A DNA stretch of 64,000 bases from Malacoraja senta. Lineage: Eukaryota. Made by a program: the position numbers and the translations under genes. The stretch is from the NCBI GenBank assembly GCA_038087875.1, contig CM075995.1:1986001-2050000 (forward strand), in the 5' to 3' direction. Shown piece by piece: positions 48,693-61,877 of the stretch (the first letter of the stretch is position 1; each line of letters opens with the position of its first letter). The notes under the pieces were generated by a model that did not search any database, was not told where the DNA came from, and saw nothing but the letters and a program-made list of their open reading frames with translations.

Positions 48693-49120
48693 CTGTTTTT
48701 TGTATAAAAGCCCTCTTGAAATAAATGCTAGCATTGAGTTTGCTTTCTTTACTACCGATTCAACTTGCAGTTTAACTGTTTGGGAATCCTGCACCAGCAC
48801 TCCCAAGTCTCTTTGCACCTCCGATTTCTGGATTCTCACCCTATTTAGAAGAGTCTACACCTTTATTCCTACTACCGAAATGCATGACTCCACACTTTGC
48901 TACACTATATTCCATCTGCCACTTCTCTGCCCACTCTCCCAACCTGTCCAAGTCCTCTGGAGAGTCCCTGGTTTCTCTACACTACCTGCCCCTCCACCTA
49001 TTTTCGTATCATCCGCAAACTTTGTCACAAAGCCTTCAATCCCCTCATCCAAATCATTAATGTACAACGTGAAGAGTAGCGGCCCCAGCACCGACTCCTG
49101 TGGAACTCCACTAGTCACTG
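48693..49120 (-). mobile_element. CR1 reverse-transcriptase fragment
   Basis: SGVPQESVLGPLLFTLYINDLD...KFADDTK. Confidence 0.85.
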
Positions 49121-50849
49121 GTCCACTCCACTAGTCACAGTAAAGTGCCCCTTGTGTATAGGTGAGGGGTAGAGTCGGTGAGGACTTCATTTGAATGTGG
49201 GAGAATAAAAAGGGCTTAAATAAATGAAGCAAATCAGAGTTGATGGTTGTCATAGATTCAGTGAGCCAAAGTTCCTGTCCTCCATTACTCTTTGACTCGA
49301 CATTATATTTAAAAAACGTAGCCATAGAGTCAGACTCGTACAGTGAAAGCAGGCCCTTCGTCCAACTCGCCCACACCAACCAACACGTCCCATCTACACT
49401 AGTTCCACCTGCCTGCGTTTGGCCCATATCGCTCTAAACTATTCTATCCTTGTACCTGTCTAATTGCTACTTGAACGTTGCGATAGTCCCTGCCTCAACT
49501 ACCTTCTCCGGCAGCTTGCTCCATAGGTTCTCGATTCCCCCGCTCTGGGCAAGAGACTCTGCGTGTCCACCCAAATCCATTCCTCTCATGATTTTATACA
49601 CTTCTCAAATACCTCTAAAAATTAAAATAACTAAAATCATTAAACGAAGCAACTGGTTAAAATGTTAAACCAACTTATTCAGTGCAGCCATTTTTGTCCT
49701 TTCATATGAATGAGTTCTCTGTCCAGGCTTGGTTCAGACAGTAGGTTCTGGGGAATTCAGGCTGGGGAATTCAGCAAGTTCATCCTTCACCCTTGTGTAG
49801 CATCTGACAAACAGAATCAGGACACACAGCCAGTTTCTGACACACAGCCAGGATCTGCCACAACAGCCCGGCAGGCAAGTCTGGGACTCTCTCGTTCGTG
49901 CAGGAATCCCAAAAGTGCAGATGCTTACAAGACCAAATGCTGGATAAAGGTTCTCGGTGGAATTCACGATATTTCTCGCTAACTTCTGACCTAAAATCAG
50001 ATTAACAAGAATAATTGCACTAAACACGAAATCTATTATTCAAATCTCAATTATTACAACTGCTGACCTTGCCATTGTTACATTAGCAGTTTGTGGCCAA
50101 AGGAAATCGAAAGGAGATGCTTTATTTTTTTTTAAATATCTTTCGTCAATGAAACATTTATGAATACAATGGAAGAAATCATTAATGTTTCTTTGACGAG
50201 AACTTATGAGTTCCAGGAGCACAATTAGGCCATTCGGCCCATCAAGTCTACTCCGTCATTCAATCAAGGCTGATCTATCTTTCTCTCCTAACCCCATAAC
50301 CCGATACCCATAACAATCAAGAACCCGTCGATCTCCACCTTAAAAATATCCATTGGCCTCCACAGCCTTCTGTGGCAATGAATTCCACAAATTCGCCACC
50401 CTCTGACTAAATAAATTCCACCTCATCTCCTTTCTAAAGGTACGTCCTTTTATTCTGAGGCTATGGCCTCTGGTCCTATACTCTCTCACTAGTGGAAACA
50501 TCTTCACATGCACTCAATCCAGGTCTTTCACTATTCGCTACGTTTCAATGATGACCCCCCCCCCCTCTTCTTTCCAAAAGGATTGACAGAAATAGTTACC
50601 AATTGGTAAATTGCAGCTGTTTTCCTACCAGTGGATGACAGGAAGATTCAAAGTCCTTTTAAATATTAGAAGTTGCAAGCTCAAAGCTATATCTGTCACT
50701 TGACCTGGTCCTGCATAACTATGCAAGTTGGCAAGACCACATGTACTGACAAATGGAGTCACAAGAAACAGAATGGTGCTTAAATCTTGCATAGAACACA
50801 AAGTGCTGAAGTAACTCAGGCAGCATCTCTGGAGAACTTGGATAGTTAA

Positions 50850-51180
50850 GTTTAATTCAGTTTAGTTTAGAGATACAGCATGGAAACAGGTCCTTCAGCC
50901 CACCGAGTCCACGCATTTATCAATCACCTGCTCACACCAGTTTCATGTTATCCCACTTTCTCATCCACTCCCCACACACTAAGGGCAATTTACAGAGGCC
51001 AATTAACCAACATATCTACACGTCTTTGGGATGTGCGCAGAAATCGGAACATCAAAGGAACCACATGTGGGCACAGGGAGAACGTGCAAACTGCAGAGAC
51101 ACCACCGGAGGTCAGGATCGAACTCCGATCTCGGGCGCTGTGAGGCAGCAGCTCTACGAGCTGCGCCACTGTGCTGCCCC
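50850..51180 (-). mobile_element. HE1-type SINE (divergent)
   Basis: Reverse copy with head at ~51180. Confidence 0.78.
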
Positions 51181-52471
51181 AGATAAACTGATAATCGCAG
51201 ATAAGATGACAGTCCATGATTCAAAATGTCGTTTCATCCTAAAGTATACTTACATTGCGTTTCTGCAGAATGATTTAATTTTGCAAAAAACAAATTAGGG
51301 GAAAACAAAGCAAAAAAACCCCAGAGCTGCTCAAAATCTGGTGCAAGGAAACTATGATTGTATAATTCAGGGAGCACCGTGCCTTTTCAAGGCAGTGGGG
51401 AAATCCCCTAATCCAGGAATTTATATAGTCAGAAAAAATAAGTGTAGCTTCTGAACTTTTCACTGATGTTCAGGATTTCATATAAGTGCCAGTAATATTA
51501 TTAAATCTGGCTGCATGGTTAACTTAATATTTGTGTATTCTCAGGGTGGTGATCATTTGGTCTGTTAATTATGTACAGTTCCCTTTCAAACTACAAACTT
51601 CCACCTATTTAAGGATATTAATTCTTGTCTGAAAAGCACCTCCTGTTAAAGTCACAATGGATGTTTCATGATTGATTTCTTGTTGGTACCGAATGATATC
51701 AATGTTTTTTTATAAGCCTCTGTTTCACACAATTGTTAGAGAGGAACCTTAACATGTAATTATTCTCAAAAAACCAGTTCAAGGTAAAAGAAACAAATTT
51801 AGTCATTCCAAATTGCAACATAAGTTTATTTAGCAGTTGAGCCAATGTCACCTCTTGGTATTGCACAATAAATTATGATTTGTGTAATATTAAATCAAAG
51901 AGGGGCATTGAGAAAATAATCATGTTAAAGAAGGAACTGCAGATGCTGGAAAATCGAAGGTACACAAAAATGCTGGAGAAACTCAGTGGGTGCAGCAGCA
52001 TCTATGGAGCGAAGGAAATAGGCAACATTTCGGGCCGAAACCCTTCTTCAGACTCATGCCTCCAGTGATATTGTTCAGCAACATTAGGGCGGCACGGTGG
52101 TGCAGCGGTAGAGCTACCGCCTTACAGACGTGGGTTCGATCCTTCGACCCCACGCCGACCAGCGATCTCTCCACACTAACACTATCCTACACACACTAGG
52201 GACAATTTACATTTATACCAAGCCAATTAACCTACAAACCTGTATGTCTTCGGAGTGTGGGATGAAACCAAAGATCTCGGAGAAACCCCACACGATCATG
52301 GGGAGAACGCACAAACATTCTTGCCGACAGCACCCGTAGTCAAGATCGAACCCAGGTCTCTGGCGCTGTATGGCCCTGTGCCATTGTGCCACCCTTTTAT
52401 CTTCCAATCACTTGCTCAGCTTTGTGCTGCCTCCACTTCTACTTTTCCAGCTTTCTCCCCACAACTCCAAC

Positions 52472-52508
52472 CAGTCTGAAGAAGGGTCCCGACCTGAAAC
52501 GTCACCTG
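52472..52508 (+). ncRNA. Minimal hammerhead ribozyme motif (core intact)
   Basis: cagtCTGAAGAagggtcccgacctGAAAcgTCacctg. Confidence 0.6.
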
Positions 52509-54049
52509 TCCATCCCCCCCAGAGATGCTGCCTGACCCGCTGAGTTGTTCCAGCACTTTGCGTTTTACTCCAGATTCCAGCATCTGAAGTTCCTTGCATC
52601 TCCACAGATTACAAGATGTATTCATAAGGTGACGACCAGTTTGCCATATAAAGAGGCTAGGTCTGCATTTTCTGGAGTTTGGTAGATTAAGAGGAGACCA
52701 CACTGAAACTTACAGAATCGAGAACCAGAGGACATAGGTTTAACGTGAGGGTGAAAACATTTAATAAGAATCTGAGGGGTAACTTTTTCATGCAAAGGGT
52801 GGTAGATGCATGGAACGTGCTGCCAAAGGAGGTAGTTGAAGCAGATACTAACGCAACGTTTAAGAAACATTTAGACAGGTACATGGATAGGACAGATTTA
52901 GAGGGATCTGGGCCAAATGCAGATGGGTGGGGCTAGACTAGACGTAATGGCCAGTGTGGGCAAGTTTGGCCGAAGGGCCCATTTCCTATGAATTAGACTC
53001 TAATTCTAACAAGGCTCAACATGTTGGGTTCAGGGAGGATGTTCAGAGCTGGGAGTCATGGCCGCAGGAACAAAGGCCACCTTGTTCAAGACTTGGTGAG
53101 GAGAAATATTTTTACTCAAGCAGTAGTTAATCTTTGGCATTCTCTACCCAGGAGGGCTGGGGAAGCTCAATCACTGAGTTCTTTCAGGACATCGGTAGAT
53201 GTTTGAATATTATGGGAATCAGGGGCTATGGGGATAGTGCAGGAAAAGGCCATGATTTTGATAAATAGCAAAGCAGCTTCAAAGAGCCTGCTGAAATATT
53301 TCTTGTTTCCTTTTGCAATAATATGGAATGTTCACACTTTTCTGGCAAGGCCATTACCTGTCAGGGAAAATAGGTAGGCAATGCTGCAAAGGTAGGCAAA
53401 GCTGCAAATTGGCTATATTTATTAGTCTATCAAGTAAACGGTGCTTAATCCCAATTAATGCAGTCACAAATTAAAGCAATCATTTTCTTCCTGACAAGTT
53501 AGAAAAGCATTTAACAGGAGTTGTAAGGGTACTAACTGTGGGGATTTTGGACACGAGTTAAGAGTGAAGAGTGCATAATTGCCAGATGCATAGTATGGGT
53601 GTCAGAGGTTACAGGGAGAAGGCAGGAGAATGGGGTTAGGAGGGAGACATAGATCGGCCATGAATTGCAGAGTAGACTAGATGGGCCAAATGGCCTAGTT
53701 CTGCTCCTATCACCTATGACCTTATGACCGATGCACCAGGACCAACGCAGTCTGAACAAGGGTTTTTACCCAAAACGTCTCCCAATCATTCAATCCAGAG
53801 ATGCTACTTGTCCTGCTGAGTTACTCCAGCATTTTGTGTCTATCTTCACTCTTTTAATGAAACAAGCTCCTTTTCATTCTGATCTTTAATTGATTAAACA
53901 TTAGATTCACGTGTATAATATACCATTCATTAATGATCTGGAGTATAATATTCCATTGCTATATCGGAGGGGTTGTGCTGATAGACCCAGCAAACACTCA
54001 GATTCAGACTTACACCTAGAACCGAACCACACTCAGATGTCACACAAAA

Positions 54050-54340
54050 CGGCTGCACGGTGGCGCAGCGGTAGAGTTGCTGACTTACAGCGCTCACAGC
54101 GCCGGAGACCCGGGTTCAATCCCGACTACGGGTGCTGTCTGTACGGAGTTTGTACGTTCTCCCCGTGACCGCGTGGGTTTTCTCCGAGATCTTCAGTTTC
54201 CTCCCACACTCCAAAGACGTACAGGTATGTAGGTAAATTGGCTTGAAAAATGTAAATATTGTCCCTAGTATGTGTAGGATAGTGTTAATATGCGGACATC
54301 CAGTGGGTCGAAGGGCCTGTTTCCGCACTGTATCTCTAAA
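54050..54340 (+). mobile_element. HE1-type SINE
   Basis: Head, body and tail. Confidence 0.82.
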
Positions 54341-54411
54341 AAACCCAGCACACACTCAAGACCTCAGATTCCTTTTGTGTAACTTGTAACCTAACGATAT
54401 GAACACTAACG

Positions 54412-54788
54412 CTTAGGAGACCCAAACAGCAACCTCTGGTGACCTTGCCCGCCACCCAAGGTTTCCATGAGGTCACCGGAGGTTTTGGTCACTCTCCCTA
54501 ATGGTCAAAAGTGGTTTCCGCGTGGTCGAGGCTTCATCTAGGTTGCTGCTATTTTTTCATCATGATTAAAACCGGCCTCGACTTAAAATAGGTTGCCGTT
54601 TTAAAAATCGATCATTTTTTAGTCGCAGGTCTAGTCGAAGCCGGTTTTCTTCATAGTCGAGGAAGGTTTTCAACATATGCGTGGGAGGTGGTAGGAGGTT
54701 GCAGGTCACCTCGACCTTGATTTTTTTTTGGGTGACGGGCAAGGTCACCAGAGGTTGCTGTTTAGGTCTCCTAAGTGGGACAGGGGCT
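54412..54788. mobile_element. PIF/Harbinger-type MITE, left tip lost
   Basis: Inverted arms cttaggagaccYaaacagcaacctctggtgaccttgcccg; the right end AGTGGGACAGGGGCT matches the other two MITEs. Confidence 0.78.
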
Positions 54789-55700
54789 TAGGTGACTAAC
54801 CTACAACAGTTCCCCTTTTCCTCCCTCTCTTCCCTGTGCCCCCTCCTGGACGCGCAACATTTATCCCTTTCCCCTTCCCTCCGTACACCTAGATTCCTTC
54901 TCTGGGTTCACATGCTTCTTCCATCCTTATCTCACACTTTTTGCATTTTCATCTCTGGCCTTTGTCCACCCACCTACCTATCAACCTCCCCCCCTCACCG
55001 ATATCCACCTGTCACTTGCCCAACTTTGGCCCACCCCCACCTCTCATCCAGCTTTCTCCGCCCCCCTACCACTACAATTAGTCCAAAGAAGGGTCATGAC
55101 CCGAATCGTCACCTATCCATGTTCTCCAGAGATGACCCGCTGAGTTACTCCAGCACTTTGTTTCTTTTTTTTTGTAAATCAGCATCTGCAATTCATTCTG
55201 CCCTCAGCTTCACATTGAGGTTAGAAGACAAAGAACTAAAATCATCAAAGGAAGAAATGCATAAATAGCCTTATTCAACCATGCAAAGGCATATTGGTCA
55301 CGATCTGTTCATACTTTTAAAATTCCTTTGTAAAAACCCCTCCAAGATCACTTACGCAAACTCATGGCAATGTTCGCCCGAGTGTTTGAACTTTCAGGTG
55401 GAAGATTAACAAAGAGGAAAGACATCGATGTTCAAGACTGATCACAGAAGGGCTATAATCTCCACAAACACAAAGCTCCAAGCATCCTAAGACGGTGATA
55501 GCATGGGGCGAAAATGGTCGCAGCATCATAAGTCAATGAAATCACAAAATAAATCTCGCAAATGGCATAAACCCCGTGGTGTATTTTCCGGTGTGCTGTG
55601 CATTTGGCAACCTTGTTCAATTAAAGCTGGAGCACTTGAAAATAAATTGCATCCTGAAGTACTGCTGAATATTTGATGGGTATATTTTAAAGAAGCTCAC

Positions 55701-55821
55701 CCAGTATTGATGGAGATGATCTCTATCAAAGGGTTTTTCCTAATCTTTGGCAGATCCAGTCGAGCTCCCCCCAGCCGTTTCCCCTTTTCCTTCTTTTGAC
55801 CCAGTAGCCTCACAGAGTGAC
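55701..55821 (-). CDS. CDKAL1: CDKAL1 internal coding exon, 121 bp ([41 protein letters not shown])
   Basis: Minus strand reads tttgttttgcAG|gtcactctgtgagg...atcaatactgg|GTGAGC. Open frame, phase 1 in and phase 2 out, joining both neighbouring exons in frame. Confidence 0.97.
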
Positions 55822-55979
55822 CTGCAAAACAAAATGCACCCTTACATTTCAGTCAGAAATTTCAATTTGAAAGCAATTTTCATATTCGAAACAATATAAT
55901 GCTGTGTAAAACAAGTTTAAAAAAATCTCACACCAGGCATTTTTTTATTTGAAATTAAGAATTAATCGTTAAATATATG

Positions 55980-56340
55980 AGGCGTACAAAATCATGAGAT
56001 GAATAGATCGGGTGGATACACACAGGGTCTCTTGTCCAGTAGGGGAATTGAGAACTAGAGGGCATAGGTTTAAGGTGCGGGGGCAAAAAGTTAATAGGAA
56101 CCTGAGGGCTGACTTTTTCAAGCAAAGTGTGTGGGGTGTATGGAACGAGTTGCCGGAGGAGGTAGTTGAGGCAGGTACTATTGCATGTTTAAGAAACATT
56201 TAGACAGGTCCATGGATAGGACTGGTTTAGAGGGATATGGGCCAAATCCAGGCAGGTGGGACTAGTGTAGATGGGACATGTTGGCCTGTGTAGGCAAGTT
56301 GGGCTGAAGGGCCTGTTTCCATGCTGCATGACTCTGACTA
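55980..56340 (+). mobile_element. CR1/HER1-like 3' fragment
   Basis: RTRGHRFKV...WNELPEEVVEAG plus 3' tail. Confidence 0.82.
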
Positions 56341-57714
56341 TATTTAGGTCACCAGCACATGCTTTAAAACAATGAGAATGTCTTGTAATTCTTGCCCCAT
56401 TCTCTCTTGCTTAACTCCTAAAAAATCAGTAAATATATGAAAACGAATTGGCTGTTTTTTTAATTATCATGCAATTATAATTTGTCAAATGCATTATGAC
56501 TTTCCAAATACTGACTTGCAAAAACAATTCCGCGGTTTCTTTTCCAATCACATATCCAGTTTAAATGCATTTAAAAGACATTTGAACAGATTCATGGTTA
56601 GGAAATGTTTGGAGGGATATAGGCCAAATGCAGGCAAATGGGACTAATTTAGATGTGGCATCTTGGACAGCATGGACAAGCTGGGTCGAAGTGCTTATTT
56701 TTGCGCTGTATGACTCAATGGAATACATTTCCAGTTTGCTTGAGGTTTAATACAGCATCAGCATTTGTTTTTGTATTTTTAGAGAAATACAGCGTGGAAA
56801 CAGGCCCTTTGGCCAACTGAATCCAAGCCGACCATCGATCATCCCGTTCACACTGTTATGACACCAGTTCTATGTTATCCCACTTTCACATCCTACACAC
56901 TAGGAGCAATTTACCTAAGCTAATTAACCGACAAACCTGCACCTCTTTGATGTGGGAGGAAACCCACGTGGTCACAAGGCGAATGTTCAAACTCCATATA
57001 GACAGCTCCTGTAGCCAGTATCAAACCCGGGTCTCTGGCGCTGTGAGGTACCAGCTCCATGGTACGGGAAGCTCAGTCTCACGAATCTTATATAATTATT
57101 TTTAAGTTTGTATAATTGATACGAGTTACTGCAATGTATCTATAATGGGACCAAAATAAACTGCTTCTTAATCTCTACAAGGGTACAAATCAGAAGTGCA
57201 GAATGTTTCCCTGCTTTCTATGGTTTTAATATATATATATATATTTTTTAAATCTGGCACTGTCAATTTTTAATGGACTTGGAATAGAGCTGAACATTAA
57301 TGAAGGAGATGAGGTGGAATTTCTTTAGTCACAGGGTGGCGAATCTGTGGAGCTCATTGCCACAGAGGGTTGTGGATGCTAAGTCAATGGATATTTTTAA
57401 GGTGGAGATAGATAGATTCTTGATTAGTACGGGTGTCAGGGGTTATGGGGAGAATTCAGGAGAATGGGGTTGAGAGGGAAAGATAGATTAGCCATGATTG
57501 AATGGCGGAGTAGATTTGCCTGATTTTGCTCTGATAACTTATGAACATGAATTATCACTAATTTAATGAGGGAGATATGCAGGGAGGAAGTCAAAATTCT
57601 AGTCTAAGAAGCTGGTTCAATGAAGAATCATTGAAGGTGAAAGTGGAAAGAATAGGCTCAGTGCAAGGCTCACTCTCAGAGGAGGAGGACTTGTCAAAGT
57701 TCAATTGGAAAGGC

Positions 57715-57943
57715 TCTGCTTTTTTTAAATTTTTATATATAGATAGAAAATAAGAAAGTAGCAGAAAGAAGGAAAAAAAAAAAAAAGGATAATAAAGAAG
57801 AATGGAATAACTTACTAAAAGTACATCATTAGAGATATATTCGTACATTTCAAAGTATAACTTTTCATCTAATCCTTAGCTCGAGTTTTAGTCAGGTTCC
57901 CGTGTCGAACCAGTCTGACCCTTCAAATAGTCAATAAATGGAG
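57715..57943 (-). mobile_element. Second copy of the same L1/Tx1-like 3' end
   Basis: The reverse complement matches 13945-14230 (tctcc.tttattga.tattt.aagggtcaga...ggaacctgactaa, aaatgtacgaatatatctc). Confidence 0.8.
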
Positions 57944-58092
57944 AAAAAAACAATATTGGAGGCAACACGAATAACGTTTGATAATATTCGTAATGTAGAA
58001 ATGAAATACATGAAATGTTTTCAATATGATATGTACTGGCCTCTAATAAAATATTATTCAAAAAAAAAAGGAAAGGCTCTGCTTAACACTTT

Positions 58093-58402
58093 GGGGCGGC
58101 ACAGTAGCGCAGCGATAGAGCTGCTGCCTCACAGCACCAGAGACCCGGGTTCGACCCCGACTACGGGTGCTGTCTGTACGGAGTTTGTACGTTCTCCCCG
58201 TGACCGCATGGGTTTTCTCCAAGATCTTCGTGTTTCCTCCCACACTCCAAAGACATTCAGGTTTGTAGGTTAATTGGCCTGGTATAAGTGTAAATTGTCC
58301 CTTGTGTGTGTAGGATAGTGTTAATGTGCGAGGATCGCCAGTCGGTGCCGACTTGTGGGCCGAGGGGCCTGTTTCACACTGTATGTCTAAACTAAACTAA
58401 AC
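58093..58402 (+). mobile_element. HE1-type SINE
   Basis: Full head, body and tail. Confidence 0.85.
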
Positions 58403-58534
58403 AAGCTTTAAGGTCAGAGGGAGCCAGCTTCCCACCAGAAAATGGAGCCCTCTCCAAGTAAGAGCAGGCTTTAAGAAGTGGTGAATGCAGGTTTACAAGC
58501 ATAAGTGGCCTGAAAGTAGCTTGAAAAAAAAATG

Positions 58535-58960
58535 TGTTTCACGGCACTGGGCCTACATTCGCTGGAGTTTAATAGAATGAGGGAAACATACGGAATAGCG
58601 AAAGGCTTGGATAGAGTGGACGTGGAGAGGATGTTTCCACTGGTGGGAGAGTCTAGGATTAGAGGTCATAGCCTCAGAATTAAAGGACGTTCTTTTAGGA
58701 AGGAGATGAGGAGAAATTTCTTTAGTCAGAGAGTGGAGAATCTGTGGAATTCTTTGCCACAGAAGGTTGTGGAGGCCAAGTCAGTGGATATTTTTAAGGC
58801 AGAGATATAGATTCTTGATGAGTACGGGTGTCAGAGGTTATGGAGAGAAGGCAGGAGAATGGAGTTGAGAGGGAAAGATAGATCAGCCACGATTGAATGG
58901 CGGAGTAGACTTGATAGGCCGAATGGCATAATTCTACTCCTATCACATGATCTTATAATC
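58535..58960 (+). mobile_element. CR1/HER1-like 3' fragment
   Basis: ORF 58532-58810 (ERMFPLVGESRIRGHSL...FFSQRV). Confidence 0.85.
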
Positions 58961-59088
58961 TTAAGCATGCAATAATTTTCACTGTGAAAGAAGAGACACA
59001 GCGAAGTGGCCCAGTGGACTGTTGGTCTGTCTACAGTACACTGCATATCCTGCCAGCCCTCTTAAAAGAGCACAATTTAATTTAGTCA

Positions 59089-59124
59089 CAGTCTGAAGAA
59101 GGGTTTCGACCCGAAACGTTGCCT
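59089..59124 (+). ncRNA. Minimal hammerhead ribozyme motif (core intact, GTT triplet)
   Basis: cagtCTGAAGAagggtttcgacccGAAAcgTTgcct. Confidence 0.55.
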
Positions 59125-59589
59125 ATTTCCTTCGCTCCAGAGATGCTGCCTCACCCGCTGAGTTACTCCAGCATTTTTGTCTACCTTCGATTTTCCAGCA
59201 TCTGCAGTTCCTTCTTAAACAGTTTAATTTACTTCTCTTTAAAAAGCAAAAATGACTTCTTGCTTGTAACATTACAGATTACCTGCATTGAAAATGCAAA
59301 CTCCAGAGATAGCTCATTGAAATCCAAGAATCACTACAGTGACAGACACTCATGTGGCTTCTTGCAGCTTTATGTTCCTTTAAATACCACTTCCAATATA
59401 TATTTGAAAACAATCTTTTTAGGTTTAACACAGCACTGGCCATCCGTGCTTATTAAACTTGCATTATTCCACAGCGATTAGCATCTTGTACCCAACTTTT
59501 GTGTACGATGGGCATGCAGGGGTCCCTGTGTATTCAATTTCCAGGACATATTTGAGAGAGCCGGAAAACAACATTTTCTTTAGACTTCT

Positions 59590-59878
59590 TAGCGTGGAAA
59601 CAGGCCATTCAGCCCACCGAGTCCATGCCAATCAGCGATCACCCCGTACACTAGCACTAAACTACACACTAAGGACAATTTACAATTTAAGGAAACCAAT
59701 TAACCTCCAAACCTGTACGCCTTTTGAATGTGGGAGGAAACTGGAGCACCCGAAGAAAACCCACTCGGTCACAGGGAGAACGTACAAACTTCGTACAGAC
59801 AGCACCCGTAGTCAGGATCGAACCCAGGTCTTTGCCGCTGTAAGGCAGCAACTTTACTGCTGTGCCACCTTGCCGCCC
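59590..59878 (-). mobile_element. HE1-type SINE
   Basis: Reverse copy. Confidence 0.82.
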
Positions 59879-61123
59879 AATTTTTCGGTATGAGTTGATC
59901 CATTAGATCAGAAGGATAATTATATGTTAAGCACATGATGCTTATGATGTTACAGTTCTGACTTACAAATCTATTTTTATTAAATAACTGAATAATCTCT
60001 CTGGTTATTATGTCATGAATGTCAAATAGTTCAGTCATTCATTGTTCTGATTTTTATGCACAGTATTGTATTCAGAGAGAATACTTGTGATTTCAACAGG
60101 TTATGAATCATTGACTTCTCGGCTCACAAGATACAAGCTAAACAATTCTAAATGAGTTTCTCGGATGGAAAAATAACTTTCAACTGTGCGGAAATGAGCA
60201 TCTGATCATAAACGTGCTTTCAAGCATTATTCAGACCTCACACACAATCCCCTTGCCTTGTCATAGCCCAGCCATTCAACAATTAAGCCGGCAGCTAATG
60301 AAGCAAACAATTTAAGTTCTCATCCCAAACTTACATCTCCTGCCAATGACAATGAGTCACAATATTCAAAATCCCACCAAGAAAAACACTCTTGTGATCG
60401 AATTTAATTAATGTCTGACCTACGAAAAGCACCTACTTCCATTGTCAGTCAAATCGGTTGGCAACTGCCTCAATGCCAGAGGCACTTCCTAAGGAATGAT
60501 AATTTTTGGTGAGCTCAGCATCCACAGCCAGAAACATAAAGGATATTGTGAGCCTTCCAACTCGCAAAAATCAACGTTATATTCCAGAATAGCTCACTTT
60601 TATTAAGGGAGCCAAATCACATGCTTCAGGTCAACGAGCTGCAGGAATCAGAGTTGAAATGGCGACAGAATGCAGGATTTTCTCTACAGTATCCGATTCT
60701 AATTGCTCCTCACTGACTTGTAATTCCACTGTAACTTGGAAATACAGCTGTTGTAAAGTGGGTAGTTTTCACGTGGGTGCCTCATCAGGTTCGTATAACG
60801 TCGCGGTAATTGGTGAATGTTGCTGTTGCAATCGCAAGACGTGCATGCATACCTGAGAGATACGCATATATCATTCTTAAGAATATTTTTCATCCTAAAT
60901 TCTGGAATTGTGATTGCCTGCTGGAATTTATTTATCGTCATGCACTTTCCCCATCAGATGGAAAATATGAATTAATAACAAGAAAATGTTTTACTAATTC
61001 AAGCTCAATATGCAACGTGAACTCTTCCTTCCACTCTCCATCTATTTTTAAACGCGTTAGTTGCCTGGAAATCCAGAGGTTCCACGTCCCCGTTTATTCC
61101 ATCACATACTACTTAAATTAGGA

Positions 61124-61425
61124 CAGGCAGTGGTAGAGTTGCTGCCTTCCAGCACCAGAGATTCGGGTTAGATCCTGACCACGACCGCTGTCTGCACAGA
61201 GCTTGTACGTTCTCCCAGTGACCGTGTGGGTTTCCCCCGGATGCTCCAGTTTACTCCCACTCCAAAGGTGTACAGGTCTGTAGGATAATTGGCTTCAGTA
61301 AAAATTGTAAATTGTCCCCAGTGTGAAGGATAGTGTTTTTGTACGGGGATCGCTGGACAGCGCGGACACTGTGGGGCGAAGGGCCAGTTTCCGCGCTGTA
61401 TCTCTAAACTAAACTGGACTAAATT
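61124..61425 (+). mobile_element. HE1-type SINE
   Basis: Head, body and tail. Confidence 0.8.
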
Positions 61426-61877
61426 GAACCACATGGCACACGTCCACATACTATCTCAATGGGAGGGCTCATGCCCGGTGTCTGGAATTCATTTTCCTTG
61501 ACCATTTCATCAACTAGTATCTACATCATGCCCTGGCATGCCCCTCCAAGATACTGGAAAATAATTGGGAATTCAAACTAACAGCACAGGTTTGCTGAGA
61601 GACAGACCATTTGCCAGAGATGGACCATGACAGGTTACCATGCCAGCGCTGTATTGTGACCATAATCCTTAAATTGATGCAGCCCTAAAAATACCCAGAA
61701 TGCACGGATTGTTCCAAGTCAATACGACAAATGACGTGTTCACCTCTTCATTTTCCTCCATCTGACACTCTACCAATTCCACCAGGTGAAGCATCGGATA
61801 TTTGATCCCGCCTGTTCCTACCTCTAGTTTCAAATGAGTGAAGGCAAACAAGCTAATTTAAGAGGCCACCTACTCAC

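Noticed and set aside
946..61449. Many 60-140 aa ORFs in the track (e.g. 946-1191, 12629-13042, 25030-25215, 57938-58273, 61168-61449)
   Set aside because: They are chance read-throughs of SINEs or antisense CR1 fragments; the same pseudo-peptides recur with each repeat copy.
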